Below, one piece after another: positions 49,496 through 58,220 of a DNA stretch of 64,000 nt. This DNA comes from a virus, in the IMG/VR virus record IMGVR_UViG_3300035670_000060, positions 49,654-113,653 of that record; one strand, written 5' to 3'. Positions within the stretch are counted from its first letter, which is position 1; every line of letters begins with the position of its first letter. A program made the position numbers and the translations under genes. The notes beneath the pieces are model-generated. The model did not search any database. It saw only the letters and a list, made by a program, of their open reading frames with translations, and was not told the DNA's origin.

Positions 49496-50426
49496 TTCCG
49501 TTTACCAATCCGTCGTATTGTTTTAAAAGTGTGTTTATATTCCACATTGTATAATATTTTTCAATAGGTGTCAAGCCTTTTGCTACGATTTCTTTTATTG
49601 GTGTTTTTTCAATATTAATGTCATCACTAATAATATGCCTAAAAAAATTTGATGTGTTTACACCGATAGGTTTTCTTGCTGACAAGGCTCTATCTGTTGA
49701 TCCACTGACACCAACGGCGTCAAAATGCTCATAAAAGTAAATGTTTATATCGTTACCATTTAACCACTTGATTAAATCATACTCAGAAAATTTTTCAATT
49801 GTGTATATAATTTCGACGTTTTTTTTCGCTAACTTTTTACACTGTTCTATAAGATTGATGATACCTTGATCCTTAAGAGGAGTATAAAATCCTGGAGAAA
49901 AATGGACATTTAATTTCACATATTCGTCAAATTGTTGGTTTATAATTTTTATAATTGTTGGTAAATTTTTATTATGTTGTCCGATACCGCTTGTTCCTAT
50001 CGTCAATATATCACTCGGAGGAAAATATTGAATGTCGTCATATATAACAACTGGTCTAACTCCTGGATGAACTTTTTCGGTGTCTGGTGCAGTCACATCA
50101 ATCGTTATATAATGTTCTAGATTATAAAAATGTCGAGTTTCAAATCTACCTTCGTGTCCAATAATCATAAACTGTCTAATCGAAGTGTTATCAATTGTTG
50201 ATTGAGTTAACCATCGCATAGTTGATGGATGCCAATTGTAAATGACTAAATCAAGATTGTATTCTTGAATCAGTTTTTTCATTTCGATTTCGCTATCACA
50301 TGTAAGTAATATGTATCGATTTTGGTTCGACTGTTTCAACATATTATGCAAATTTCTTGCATAATAATATATGCCACAATCTTGCTTTGATCCTGTAAGT
50401 ATGCCAACAATTTTCATTTTTTCCAT
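49479..50426 (-). CDS. Glycosyltransferase-like (GT-B) protein
   Basis: CGIYYYA, IGTSG...KN, GVSGSTDRALSARKPI. Confidence 0.65.
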   Translation of the reverse strand: MEKMKIVGILTGSKQDCGIYYYARNLHNMLKQSNQNRYILLTCDSEIEMKKLIQEYNLDLVIYNWHPSTMRWLTQSTIDNTSIRQFMIIGHEGRFETRHFYNLEHYITIDVTAPDTEKVHPGVRPVVIYDDIQYFPPSDILTIGTSGIGQHNKNLPTIIKIINQQFDEYVKLNVHFSPGFYTPLKDQGIINLIEQCKKLAKKNVEIIYTIEKFSEYDLIKWLNGNDINIYFYEHFDAVGVSGSTDRALSARKPIGVNTSNFFRHIISDDINIEKTPIKEIVAKGLTPIEKYYTMWNINTLLKQYDGLVNGNEISH

Positions 50427-51049
50427 CTACCTGGTTCTAAGTAATTAAACAATACAAATAATTGTGGTACGTAAGTTGTAGGATATCTATTCACGATATC
50501 AGATATCATCATACCATCACCATAGATATGAATGGGCAGTCTATTTTCAGATAAAACTTTACCAGAAATAAAAATCTGTTCAACGCCAACACCACCAACA
50601 TGCATTGATCTCGGATGTGCAATTAATGTATACGTAGGATGTCTTCTCTCTGGAGTTAAACCATCTGGTATGGCATGACCTCTTTCCATAGAGCATATAA
50701 TAACTTCAGATGGTTGATCGGTTCTTTTACACTCTTCAACAACATAGTACATTCTTTTAAAGAACTGAGGATAATATCCATCATCATCGTTCATAAAACA
50801 GTACATATCGTCAGGAATAATCTCAGTGTTTTCTATGAACCAATTTATAGAATAGTTACATCTTTTCCAGAATTCCATTCCACTATTAGGACAAACATGA
50901 TGCATTATCCATGGATGAGTCGGAGTAAAAGTTTCTTTTGAATCATCGTCAGTAATTACATGCCATACAACATTTTGATTCTCTAACATCGATATGATAT
51001 CTGGTACATTACCATATCTTGCTAAAGGTGTAATCACATGAAATTTCAT
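50414..51049 (-). CDS. Glycosyltransferase-like (GT-A) protein
   Basis: HVITP..R, CFMNDDD, YGDG; in sugar cluster. Confidence 0.6.
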   Translation of the reverse strand: MKFHVITPLARYGNVPDIISMLENQNVVWHVITDDDSKETFTPTHPWIMHHVCPNSGMEFWKRCNYSINWFIENTEIIPDDMYCFMNDDDGYYPQFFKRMYYVVEECKRTDQPSEVIICSMERGHAIPDGLTPERRHPTYTLIAHPRSMHVGGVGVEQIFISGKVLSENRLPIHIYGDGMMISDIVNRYPTTYVPQLFVLFNYLEPGRWKK

Positions 51050-52374
51050 GCTGAATAAATTTTCACATTAGGGCAAGGCACAATCATTTTACCACCAGCT
51101 TTCAGATAGTCTCGCTCACGCAACAAAAACTCATCAATAAAATGCCAAGGTAAAATAAGAAGATAGTCAGGCTTTGCTGCTCGCATTTCTTCCTCACTTA
51201 CAATAGGAATATGTGTACCGATTGTCTGTAAACCAAACTTGTATGGACTTCGTTCAGCAATTGCGGTAATATGACTTGCATTCAAACCAAAATATTGTAA
51301 CAATGTATTACCCTTTGTACTTGCACCATAACCATAGATTGTTTTGCCCTCTGCTTTCACACTATGAATAATATCTAATAAATCTTTCTTCATTTTTTTC
51401 AGCCGAAGTTCAAAATTATCCCATGTGCTAAACTTTCGAATGTTGACAACGTTCTGTTCGTATGCAAGAATGCTTGCAACTCTAACTTCGCATACATCAC
51501 GAAGAGGTGCTGATCCAAACTTTGCAGGATTTGCATCACGCTTTCTGAAATAGATTCTAAAACTACCGCCATTGGTATCATTCAAAGAACAGTCTACGCA
51601 ATTAAATCCAATGCGAGAAAAGAGTCCTATTAATGATGTTAAATCATAATAATAAACATGCTCGTGGCAAATATTATCAAATGCCATTTGTTTAATCATG
51701 AGTGGTGTATAACTCATTTGAAGAACAACAACACCGTCATCATCAAGAATATCATACATGCTCTGTACAAATGGCCGTGGATCATCTAAATCATAGAACA
51801 TTGCAATACATGTAATGACTTTTACTTTTTTGTTGGCTACGGTTGTTTTGTTCCATGCATCTTTAGAGAAATAATCTTGAATGATTTCACCGTGCTTGGA
51901 TGATTCTGCTAAGTAAGTGTTATCGCAAGGATCAATACCAACACGATGCATATAAGGCGGCACATAACTCAATAATGTTCCATCATTACATGCAATATCT
52001 AACCAGATATCGTCTTTTTCTGGTTGAACTCTTGGTAAAATTTCACCAACAATTCTATTCAACTCAGCCCTCATGCTTGTATTAATACCACTTCGATACC
52101 AATACTGACCCCACATCGTATCGGATGGCGCTAGACCATGAAGTCTTGCAGCACCCAATTCATCATCTGACCATACATCTAAACTATACTTTTTACGATT
52201 CAATGTTTCATGTTCACCCTTTACAAAATCACTTACATAGTGATCACCTAAACTCACAAGTTTCATGTTGCTTCTCCGCTCGTTAATTTGAATTCTTTTC
52301 GTTTCACCAAAATTTCTCTTGTATACAGTTTTACCGCCATCTGGAGATTCGAAAATATATGTCATGGTACTCAT
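51046..52374 (-). CDS. NDP-hexose C-methyltransferase (with N-terminal 36-aa fused peptide)
   Basis: YWYRSG, LDIACNDGTLL, FDNICHEH..YY, GGSFR, GYGASTKGNTLL, PDYLLILPWHF. Confidence 0.88.
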   Translation of the reverse strand: MSTMTYIFESPDGGKTVYKRNFGETKRIQINERRSNMKLVSLGDHYVSDFVKGEHETLNRKKYSLDVWSDDELGAARLHGLAPSDTMWGQYWYRSGINTSMRAELNRIVGEILPRVQPEKDDIWLDIACNDGTLLSYVPPYMHRVGIDPCDNTYLAESSKHGEIIQDYFSKDAWNKTTVANKKVKVITCIAMFYDLDDPRPFVQSMYDILDDDGVVVLQMSYTPLMIKQMAFDNICHEHVYYYDLTSLIGLFSRIGFNCVDCSLNDTNGGSFRIYFRKRDANPAKFGSAPLRDVCEVRVASILAYEQNVVNIRKFSTWDNFELRLKKMKKDLLDIIHSVKAEGKTIYGYGASTKGNTLLQYFGLNASHITAIAERSPYKFGLQTIGTHIPIVSEEEMRAAKPDYLLILPWHFIDEFLLRERDYLKAGGKMIVPCPNVKIYSA

Positions 52375-53390
52375 TTTAATTTCTCCATTTCAATTTTACA
52401 CATTTCGTGAACTAAATCTTTAAATGTATACTCTGGCTTCCAGCCTAACTTCTTTCTTGCTTTTCTGCAATCACCAAAGATAGTAGGTACTTCAGCGGGC
52501 CTATAAAATTTTTCATTTACACGAATGATTGTTTTATCTGTTGACTTATTTACACCAATTTCGTTAAGCCCCGTACCAATCCATTCAATCTCAAAGTTTA
52601 AGTATTCTGCTACACGCTCACAAAAATCACGAACCGAATGTTCTTCACCGCTTGATACAACATAGTCATCGGGTTTGTCTTGTTGAAGCATAAGCCACAT
52701 AGCATTTACATAATCCTTAGCATGACCCCAATCTCGCCTTGCGTCTAAATTACCTAATTCGAGAATCTCTTGATTACCTAAGAAAACATTAATAAGCCCT
52801 TGTACAATCTTTCTCGTCACAAATTCAGGACCTCTTCGTGGACTTTCATGATTGAAAAGTATACCATTGCATGTATACAAACCATAACTTTCACGATAGT
52901 TCACTGTGATCCAATAGCCGTAGAGTTTTGCTACGGCATATGGACTTCTTGGATAGAATGGAGTGGTTTCTGTTTGAGGTGTTTCTCTGACTTTACCGTA
53001 TAGTTCGCTTGTAGACGCTTGATAAAATCTAACGTTTTTTTCTTTTGATAGAAGGCGAGTAGCTTCAAGTAATTTGAGAACACCGATACCATTTACATCA
53101 CCAGTGTATGTGGGAGTTTCAAAACTTACACTCACATGGCTTTGTGCTGCTAAGTTATAAATTTCATCGGGCTTAATTTTCATTATAATATTACGAACAT
53201 TTGCACAGTCCGTTAAATCACTATAATGAAAATGAATTTGATTTTTGATTGATTCAATATTTGAAAAATTTAAACCCGTACTTGCTCTTCGTACAAGTCC
53301 ATGAACTTCATAATTTTTTTCGATTAGAAGTTCTGCTAAGTAACTTCCATCTTGTCCAGTAATACCAGTAATCAATGCTATTTTTTTCAT
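52371..53390 (-). CDS. gmd: GDP-mannose 4,6-dehydratase
   Basis: ALITGITGQDGSYLAE, NLAAQSHV, QASTSELYG, PRSPYAVAK, NHESPRRG, RDWGHA. Confidence 0.97.
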   Translation of the reverse strand: MKKIALITGITGQDGSYLAELLIEKNYEVHGLVRRASTGLNFSNIESIKNQIHFHYSDLTDCANVRNIIMKIKPDEIYNLAAQSHVSVSFETPTYTGDVNGIGVLKLLEATRLLSKEKNVRFYQASTSELYGKVRETPQTETTPFYPRSPYAVAKLYGYWITVNYRESYGLYTCNGILFNHESPRRGPEFVTRKIVQGLINVFLGNQEILELGNLDARRDWGHAKDYVNAMWLMLQQDKPDDYVVSSGEEHSVRDFCERVAEYLNFEIEWIGTGLNEIGVNKSTDKTIIRVNEKFYRPAEVPTIFGDCRKARKKLGWKPEYTFKDLVHEMCKIEMEKLK

Positions 53391-53417
53391 AATACATATC
53401 ACCTTGAAATAATAGTA

Positions 53418-53439
53418 CCAGTTGATGAAGTTCAACTGG
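53418..53439. terminator. Hairpin between OMP gene and gmd
   Basis: CCAGTTGA-TGAAGT-TCAACTGG; no strong T-run. Confidence 0.5.
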
Positions 53440-53454
53440 CAAAACTATATAGCA

Positions 53455-54000
53455 TCAATATGCTAAACGTGCACCTACACCAAAAGCCTTTTCTTCAATG
53501 TCTTGAAATGATCGACTGGCCGAAACACTTACACTTAGTGCTTTTGTAACTGGCATACTTATACCAAGAAATGTTACAGTCTGTTTAGGATTACTGTCAT
53601 CCCAATTGATACGTGTTTTAGCACCTGCAAATCCCCATGCAGGTCCTAATGGCATTCCTGTAGATAGACCGACAAGCCCGTAAGTAAAGTTTCCATCCAC
53701 TTTACCATTGAATCCGTTATCGTAACCGACTCCAAAATATGTATTGACTCCTTTGATCAAGTCCTTACCCACAGTTCCTTCTACACTGTTCAACATACCA
53801 CCTTTATCAAATACAGCAGTGCGAACCTGTAGACCTAGATTCAAACCAGCCATATCTTTACCAGCCCTAAAATATTGTGCAGTGCTTTCTGCTTTGTTCC
53901 GAGTATCTTTAACTTGGTCAACGTCGAAACTTACAAAGTTTGCTGCTTTTGCGGAACCAAATGCTAAAGCCAAACATGCTGCAATTAGAGTTTTCTTCAT
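53455..54000 (-). CDS. Outer-membrane beta-barrel protein
   Basis: Signal peptide MKKTLIAACLALAFGSAKA, alternating beta strands, terminal aromatic beta-signal GVGARLAY. Confidence 0.75.
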   Translation of the reverse strand: MKKTLIAACLALAFGSAKAANFVSFDVDQVKDTRNKAESTAQYFRAGKDMAGLNLGLQVRTAVFDKGGMLNSVEGTVGKDLIKGVNTYFGVGYDNGFNGKVDGNFTYGLVGLSTGMPLGPAWGFAGAKTRINWDDSNPKQTVTFLGISMPVTKALSVSVSASRSFQDIEEKAFGVGARLAY

Positions 54001-54019
54001 ATCATCTCCTATGTTAATA

Positions 54020-54194
54020 AAAGTCGGTTGATTCTGTTGCTAAGTTCAACCGACAAAACTCCGCACTAGAGTTTAGGCTGCTAGTGCAAAACGCTCATCA
54101 TTTGCTGCGTTTATTTTGGTGCTTGATTTACGGTCATCGCCTACCGAATTGTCCACTCTCATACTCTTTGCCCCGTCGAAACCTGTACAGGCCC
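54020..54194 (-). ncRNA. ssrA: Permuted tmRNA, coding piece
   Basis: 5' GGGCCTG TACAGGTTTCGACGGGG, pk1-like CGGT..ACCG, tag (A)ANDERFALAA* at 54108/54105-54073, terminal hairpin + T-run. Confidence 0.92.
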
Positions 54195-54362
54195 TTCAGA
54201 AAGAATCTTTTTCCTATTTTTCTTATACTCACTAAATGTCATTCTATATTGAGCATTAGGATGCTTTAAATATTCTTCATACAGTCTTCCAGATTTTAAA
54301 GCGTTAATTAACCCAGCCTTCTTTCTTTTACTGGTAAACTCTTTTGAAGTTTCGTTGTGCAT
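54159..54362 (-). CDS. Basic 67-aa ORF in tmRNA intervening segment, reading into tmRNA 5' end
   Basis: SD AAGGA 6 nt before ATG, immediately after CCA; ORF fills the spacer. Confidence 0.55.
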   Translation of the reverse strand: MHNETSKEFTSKRKKAGLINALKSGRLYEEYLKHPNAQYRMTFSEYKKNRKKILSEGPVQVSTGQRV

Positions 54363-54375
54363 TTAAAATCCTTTT

Positions 54376-54436
54376 TGGTGGACCTGGGCGGAATCGAACC
54401 GCCGTCCGAAACATGTTTCTGTTCGCTTCATACAAT
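54376..54436 (-). ncRNA. ssrA: Permuted tmRNA, acceptor piece
   Basis: TGTTTC GGAC GGCGG TTCGATT CCGCC CAGGTCC ACCA; pairs with GGGCCTG giving G3.U70; TATAAT at 54443-54448; 5' end approximate. Confidence 0.92.
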
Positions 54437-54453
54437 CATAGGATTATATAGTA

Positions 54454-54804
54454 TCACACTTCCACAAATTGTTCAAGTGCTGGTGCTTTCCAATTCTTAG
54501 GTTTCATCACTTTGCCATCAGCATTCTTTAGAACGTATCCTGTGTCAGGATCAATCTTATCCAAATTGCTTCTTGCAACTTCTTCCCATGCTCGTTCTAT
54601 ATTCCAACCTTTCATATGGCAATAACCAATAATTACCCAAATCATATCCATGCAAGCGTCCAATTTCTCAGCATCATTTTTTGCGTCTATGTACTCACCG
54701 AACTCCTCATGAATTAATTTATCATACAATGAAATATTTGATGGTGAGCGGACTTGCTCACACGCTTGAATAAACCTAACTACATCGTGCACCATTTTAC
54801 TCAT
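54454..54804 (-). CDS. MazG-like/PRA-PH nucleotide pyrophosphohydrolase
   Basis: LIHEEFGE..LDACMD.IWV..G, EVARSNLDK, DGKVMKP.NW. Confidence 0.85.
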   Translation of the reverse strand: MSKMVHDVVRFIQACEQVRSPSNISLYDKLIHEEFGEYIDAKNDAEKLDACMDMIWVIIGYCHMKGWNIERAWEEVARSNLDKIDPDTGYVLKNADGKVMKPKNWKAPALEQFVEV

Positions 54805-55475
54805 GCATTCTCCCTATCGAATTGCCTACGGTATTCACGGAATAATTCTATGTAATCGTTCCGCTTCTTAATAAAGACTTGTGGCATGTCATCCTCTACT
54901 GCAATGACAATAGCAAGTCTTGAAACTGGTATTCTTGTGCGTTCTTCATACATTACAGCGTATGCAGCACATTGCATAAAGTAGTTGGTAATCCATTCTT
55001 CTTGCTTCGGTTTACTTGATGTTTTAAAATCTATAATTGATAACTTTCCGTCAAATTCTCCAATGCAGTCTACACGACCTGCAACTCGGAGATGGTGTGA
55101 GTAGAGTGGTATCTCAATTGCATGGATGTTATTAATGCGTTCATCAAGAATTGGTTGGACAGTCTTGAACATTGCTACCGAAGTTGGCATATGCCCTTCA
55201 GCCCAATTCACTTGATTGTTTAGATAGTTCTCACAAAGCGTATGGATTCTCGTACCACGCCTTGCTGCTTTCGTTGAAATGCGGTTTGCTTCTTCTTCAC
55301 CAACACGCCTACGCCATTCAAGAATACCTTCTTTACCATGCATTCCTGTAATGGTTGTAACCGACGGATACGCTTCTCCGTCTGGTGTCAGATAGAATCG
55401 TTTACCATTGATTGTTTTAGTTTGTAGATCATAATCAATATCAACGCCTACATGATTAAAGGTAACTTGTCTCAT
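54801..55475 (-). CDS. PD-(D/E)XK exonuclease (T4-like exonuclease A / Cas4-like)
   Basis: YPSVTT, RGT.IH..CE, AGRVDCI, IIDFKTS, YFMQCAAY. Confidence 0.9.
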   Translation of the reverse strand: MRQVTFNHVGVDIDYDLQTKTINGKRFYLTPDGEAYPSVTTITGMHGKEGILEWRRRVGEEEANRISTKAARRGTRIHTLCENYLNNQVNWAEGHMPTSVAMFKTVQPILDERINNIHAIEIPLYSHHLRVAGRVDCIGEFDGKLSIIDFKTSSKPKQEEWITNYFMQCAAYAVMYEERTRIPVSRLAIVIAVEDDMPQVFIKKRNDYIELFREYRRQFDRENA

Positions 55476-55708
55476 TAGAAGGTGTTGATGTTACCTCTTG
55501 GATGTGCAGCCTTTGCTTTCTGTAAGACTTCACGAAAGCCTGCGTCTGGCTTCCTCAACCCTAGGCGAACTGGATCGCCTAGAGTCATACCCAAGTGTGT
55601 GATTTCATAATCAGGATTAGCGTCAAGCCATTCCTTCTGTTCGGAGATTTTCATCATTCGTTCGATGGTCTCTCCCGTGGTTTTGTTCCGAAAGTTGTAT
55701 GTTGGCAT
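55475..55708 (-). CDS. FmdB-like small protein
   Basis: MPTYNFRN..TGE..E, GDPVRLG..KPD.GFREVL. Confidence 0.75.
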   Translation of the reverse strand: MPTYNFRNKTTGETIERMMKISEQKEWLDANPDYEITHLGMTLGDPVRLGLRKPDAGFREVLQKAKAAHPRGNINTF

Positions 55709-56303
55709 TCTCATATAGCCCTAATGATTCATTGATCTCAACCATTCGCTGGAGACAACCTTCAGTAAACCATGAAGGAATCTGTCGTTTTGTCCATCTA
55801 GCAAATCGCACCTTATGTTCTATATAGTAGCGCCGATAGGAATCAATTGTCTGGCCAGAAATTTTACAATCATCAGGCATTGCAAGTGGTGGCTCCGAGA
55901 ATTCCACGTTCTTCGGTATGTTCATAGGATTAAAAAATAACGCATCTTTCAATCCCGAAGACTCAATCAAGTGTATTTTTTCATAACGAAATGTATACTC
56001 ATCAAGAGTGCAACTAAGCAAATCATGTAACCAACGATAATTCCATACAGATTTCCGAACCCAAACCGCTGAAGGATGATTGATATGTGATGCTTTATAG
56101 AGCATAGATTCTCTATCATCATTTAACCTCCATCGTTTTATTTTACGGTTGTTGCTGGTAACATCTATATATTCGTGCCCGTCTAGCATCCGATGTGCTG
56201 TCGATAACAATTGTGCATACTCAATAACCATTTTTACAACATGTTTATCGCAATGCTGCCTTGCACACGATTCTGGATTTGATGATAGAAAAAAGATGTT
56301 CAT
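55623..56303 (-). CDS. Pyrimidine-dimer DNA glycosylase-like protein
   Basis: MNIFFL..DKHVVKM..EYAQLLSTAH, HINHPSAVWVR, YRRYY..K. Confidence 0.8.
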   Translation of the reverse strand: MNIFFLSSNPESCARQHCDKHVVKMVIEYAQLLSTAHRMLDGHEYIDVTSNNRKIKRWRLNDDRESMLYKASHINHPSAVWVRKSVWNYRWLHDLLSCTLDEYTFRYEKIHLIESSGLKDALFFNPMNIPKNVEFSEPPLAMPDDCKISGQTIDSYRRYYIEHKVRFARWTKRQIPSWFTEGCLQRMVEINESLGLYENANIQLSEQNHGRDHRTNDENLRTEGMA

Positions 56304-56614
56304 GCTGTCGCTTTTTGGATCTCATTTACAGTATGATTCCATGGTGTTATCAGTTTACCAGCTTGTGATGCTTTCGATTCTTCTTCGTGAGATTCTTCTC
56401 GAATTGCATCAAACAAATCATAAAATTGGTCTTTAATTTCTTCGGTGTTTGTTCGCATCAATTCTACCAGTCGCCATAGACTCAAGCCGAGCGGTGTTTG
56501 TGATATATCAAACTCGTTCATATGTGCTTCCATGACGGAATCAAATAGTGCAAAGTTCTCACGAAGATGGTGCACCTGTGTTTCTAATTCGTTCAGTCTA
56601 GTATAATGTTTCAT
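56300..56614 (-). CDS. Hypothetical protein
   Basis: 104-aa ORF, coupled. Confidence 0.65.
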   Translation of the reverse strand: MKHYTRLNELETQVHHLRENFALFDSVMEAHMNEFDISQTPLGLSLWRLVELMRTNTEEIKDQFYDLFDAIREESHEEESKASQAGKLITPWNHTVNEIQKATA

Positions 56615-56778
56615 TCGGACATTTCCTTAATTAGGTTGCGGACTGTTCTTTCAATTTCAGCCCTGGTTAGAGTGCTACAAAAGCCGGACCGGGCGCAAAC
56701 GTAATTAATTACGCTGTCGCCAGTCAATCCTAAACCCCATGCCTCTAGAATCAGTGGTGTAAGGGTTGAAGTATCCAT
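56611..56778 (-). CDS. Hypothetical 55-aa protein (below ORF-track cutoff)
   Basis: MDTSTLTPLILEAWGLGLTGDSVINYVCARSG..EMSE*, fills the gap, ATGA coupling. Confidence 0.6.
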   Translation of the reverse strand: MDTSTLTPLILEAWGLGLTGDSVINYVCARSGFCSTLTRAEIERTVRNLIKEMSE

Positions 56779-56782
56779 GATG

Positions 56783-57307
56783 TCACAAAGCCTTTACATA
56801 ACTTTCGGCAAACGACTTGTCTTCATAAGTCACTAAGTCGGTGTCAATTTCATCCAGGATGTCCACTGGCTTGCTGGAAACCGTCGGAATGGAGTCGAAT
56901 TCCACCGCTACCGGCTTCACAGCCTTGACTCGCAAAGGCTTAGTCTTGATTGCCTTCGGCGTTGCCGGTGCAGGCGTTGGTGCCGCCGCTGGTGCAGCAA
57001 CCGGAACCAGGCCAGCTTTAGCATTTTTCTTAGCCTTAGGTGTCTTCACGGCACCAGTATTGAAGCTGGCCAATGCAGCCAACATCTCTGGTCCGTTCAC
57101 CAATTCGTATCCAAGCACGGTCCGACCGTTCTTGTGTGGTACAATGTCAGCACCAAATTGCTTTGCTCTCCAGAGGTCTGGTGCAATCACATAGGTGTAG
57201 GTGTAGTTTAGACCAGCGGTAATTTCTGGTAGTGTTTTCATGCCAGGATTGTCGGCCAGAAAACGGACCAGACGGTGAAACATGCGAGTGGAAGCGGTAC
57301 GTGCCAT
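56783..57307 (-). CDS. Hypothetical protein with A/K/P-rich linker, possible DNA binding
   Basis: SD AGGAG, own sigma70 promoter. Confidence 0.7.
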   Translation of the reverse strand: MARTASTRMFHRLVRFLADNPGMKTLPEITAGLNYTYTYVIAPDLWRAKQFGADIVPHKNGRTVLGYELVNGPEMLAALASFNTGAVKTPKAKKNAKAGLVPVAAPAAAPTPAPATPKAIKTKPLRVKAVKPVAVEFDSIPTVSSKPVDILDEIDTDLVTYEDKSFAESYVKAL

Positions 57308-57330
57308 ATGTATCTCCTATTCAAAATTAA

Positions 57331-57359
57331 AGTATATCATCACCAAATCATGCTGTCAA
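57331..57359 (-). promoter_or_regulatory. Sigma70 promoter without upstream box
   Basis: TTGACA-17-TATACT. Confidence 0.8.
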
Positions 57360-57776
57360 CATGTACGGCTTATCCCACTTGCCGATGTTAATGTCAACAT
57401 AGTAAGCCGTATCAAAGTAATCAACCTGAACGTCCGAACGGTCATACCAACCAGCGCCTTTGAGGGCTTTCATAGCGTCAGTAAGGAAAGCCTTTGCTTT
57501 GCCAGTGAAATGCTCATGGTACCAGTAAGGATTGACATCCAGGTGTTTCTGCTTCAGAATCGTTCCTATTTGATACTCGGAAAGATGGCGACCATGAGGC
57601 TGGTTTGCATCAGTCTGGAGGTAGTTTTCAATGAAGTCAATTTTACCAGCCTTCACCGTCAGGACGATGGTGGAATGGTTGCGAACCGAAAGCGTACCTT
57701 TGATACCATATTTTTTGAGAATTGGTGCAAGGCGCTTGTTGATTTCCGCTTTTTTCTCTTGGTTCATATAAGCCAT
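57348..57776 (-). CDS. Conserved phage early protein (LPD25/29-like C-terminal motif)
   Basis: WYDRSDVQVDYFDTAYYVDINIGKW. Confidence 0.6.
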   Translation of the reverse strand: MAYMNQEKKAEINKRLAPILKKYGIKGTLSVRNHSTIVLTVKAGKIDFIENYLQTDANQPHGRHLSEYQIGTILKQKHLDVNPYWYHEHFTGKAKAFLTDAMKALKGAGWYDRSDVQVDYFDTAYYVDINIGKWDKPYMLTA

Positions 57777-57946
57777 TATACATTCTCCATTTCAAGTTCA
57801 ATTGCGTCGGCCTCTGCTGCTGTCAAGGCCCATTCATTAATCAGATCCATGCCCTCGTCGGTCTCTCTCAGCCAGTGCTGGTAGAGGAAATCACCAGCCT
57901 CATTCCACCGATCATATTCATCCAACATCAAGTCATAGTCATCCAT
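57776..57946 (-). CDS. Small acidic protein
   Basis: MDDYDLMLDEY.. after SD AAGGA, downstream of boxed promoter. Confidence 0.6.
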   Translation of the reverse strand: MDDYDLMLDEYDRWNEAGDFLYQHWLRETDEGMDLINEWALTAAEADAIELEMENV

Positions 57947-58016
57947 GATTATTTCCTTTTCTGTCACCACAGAATCTATTGTATCAGAAGGCGGACCATT
58001 GTCAATCATGTTGTTT

Positions 58017-58220
58017 TTATGCAACACGTTGAAGTTTACCGACCAGCTCCCAGTCCGATTTTCCTCGGAATGTTACCAGCTTGCCGTTCTGCCTGGCTCG
58101 CCGGTAGTCCCGTTCCATCGTCTGGCCAGTCATGGATTCCAGATACGTAATGGCTTCCTGTTCAGTCTCAAAGGTCCGAGCGTTGGTGTCGTTTAGTGCG
58201 TTTGGTCTAGCCTTCCACAT
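58017..58220 (-). CDS. Hypothetical early protein
   Basis: 67 aa, ends in promoter box. Confidence 0.6.
   Translation of the reverse strand: MWKARPNALNDTNARTFETEQEAITYLESMTGQTMERDYRRARQNGKLVTFRGKSDWELVGKLQRVA

Noticed and set aside
54376-54410. tRNA gene or attP fragment
   Set aside because: No anticodon arm; its acceptor partner and tag frame lie downstream, identifying a permuted tmRNA; no integrase seen
54801-55475. Cas4 implying a CRISPR system
   Set aside because: Common solo T4-like exonuclease; no array and no Fe-S cysteine set
57282-57884. 200-aa plus-strand ORF and other plus ORFs in the early region
   Set aside because: Antisense to SD- and promoter-supported minus genes
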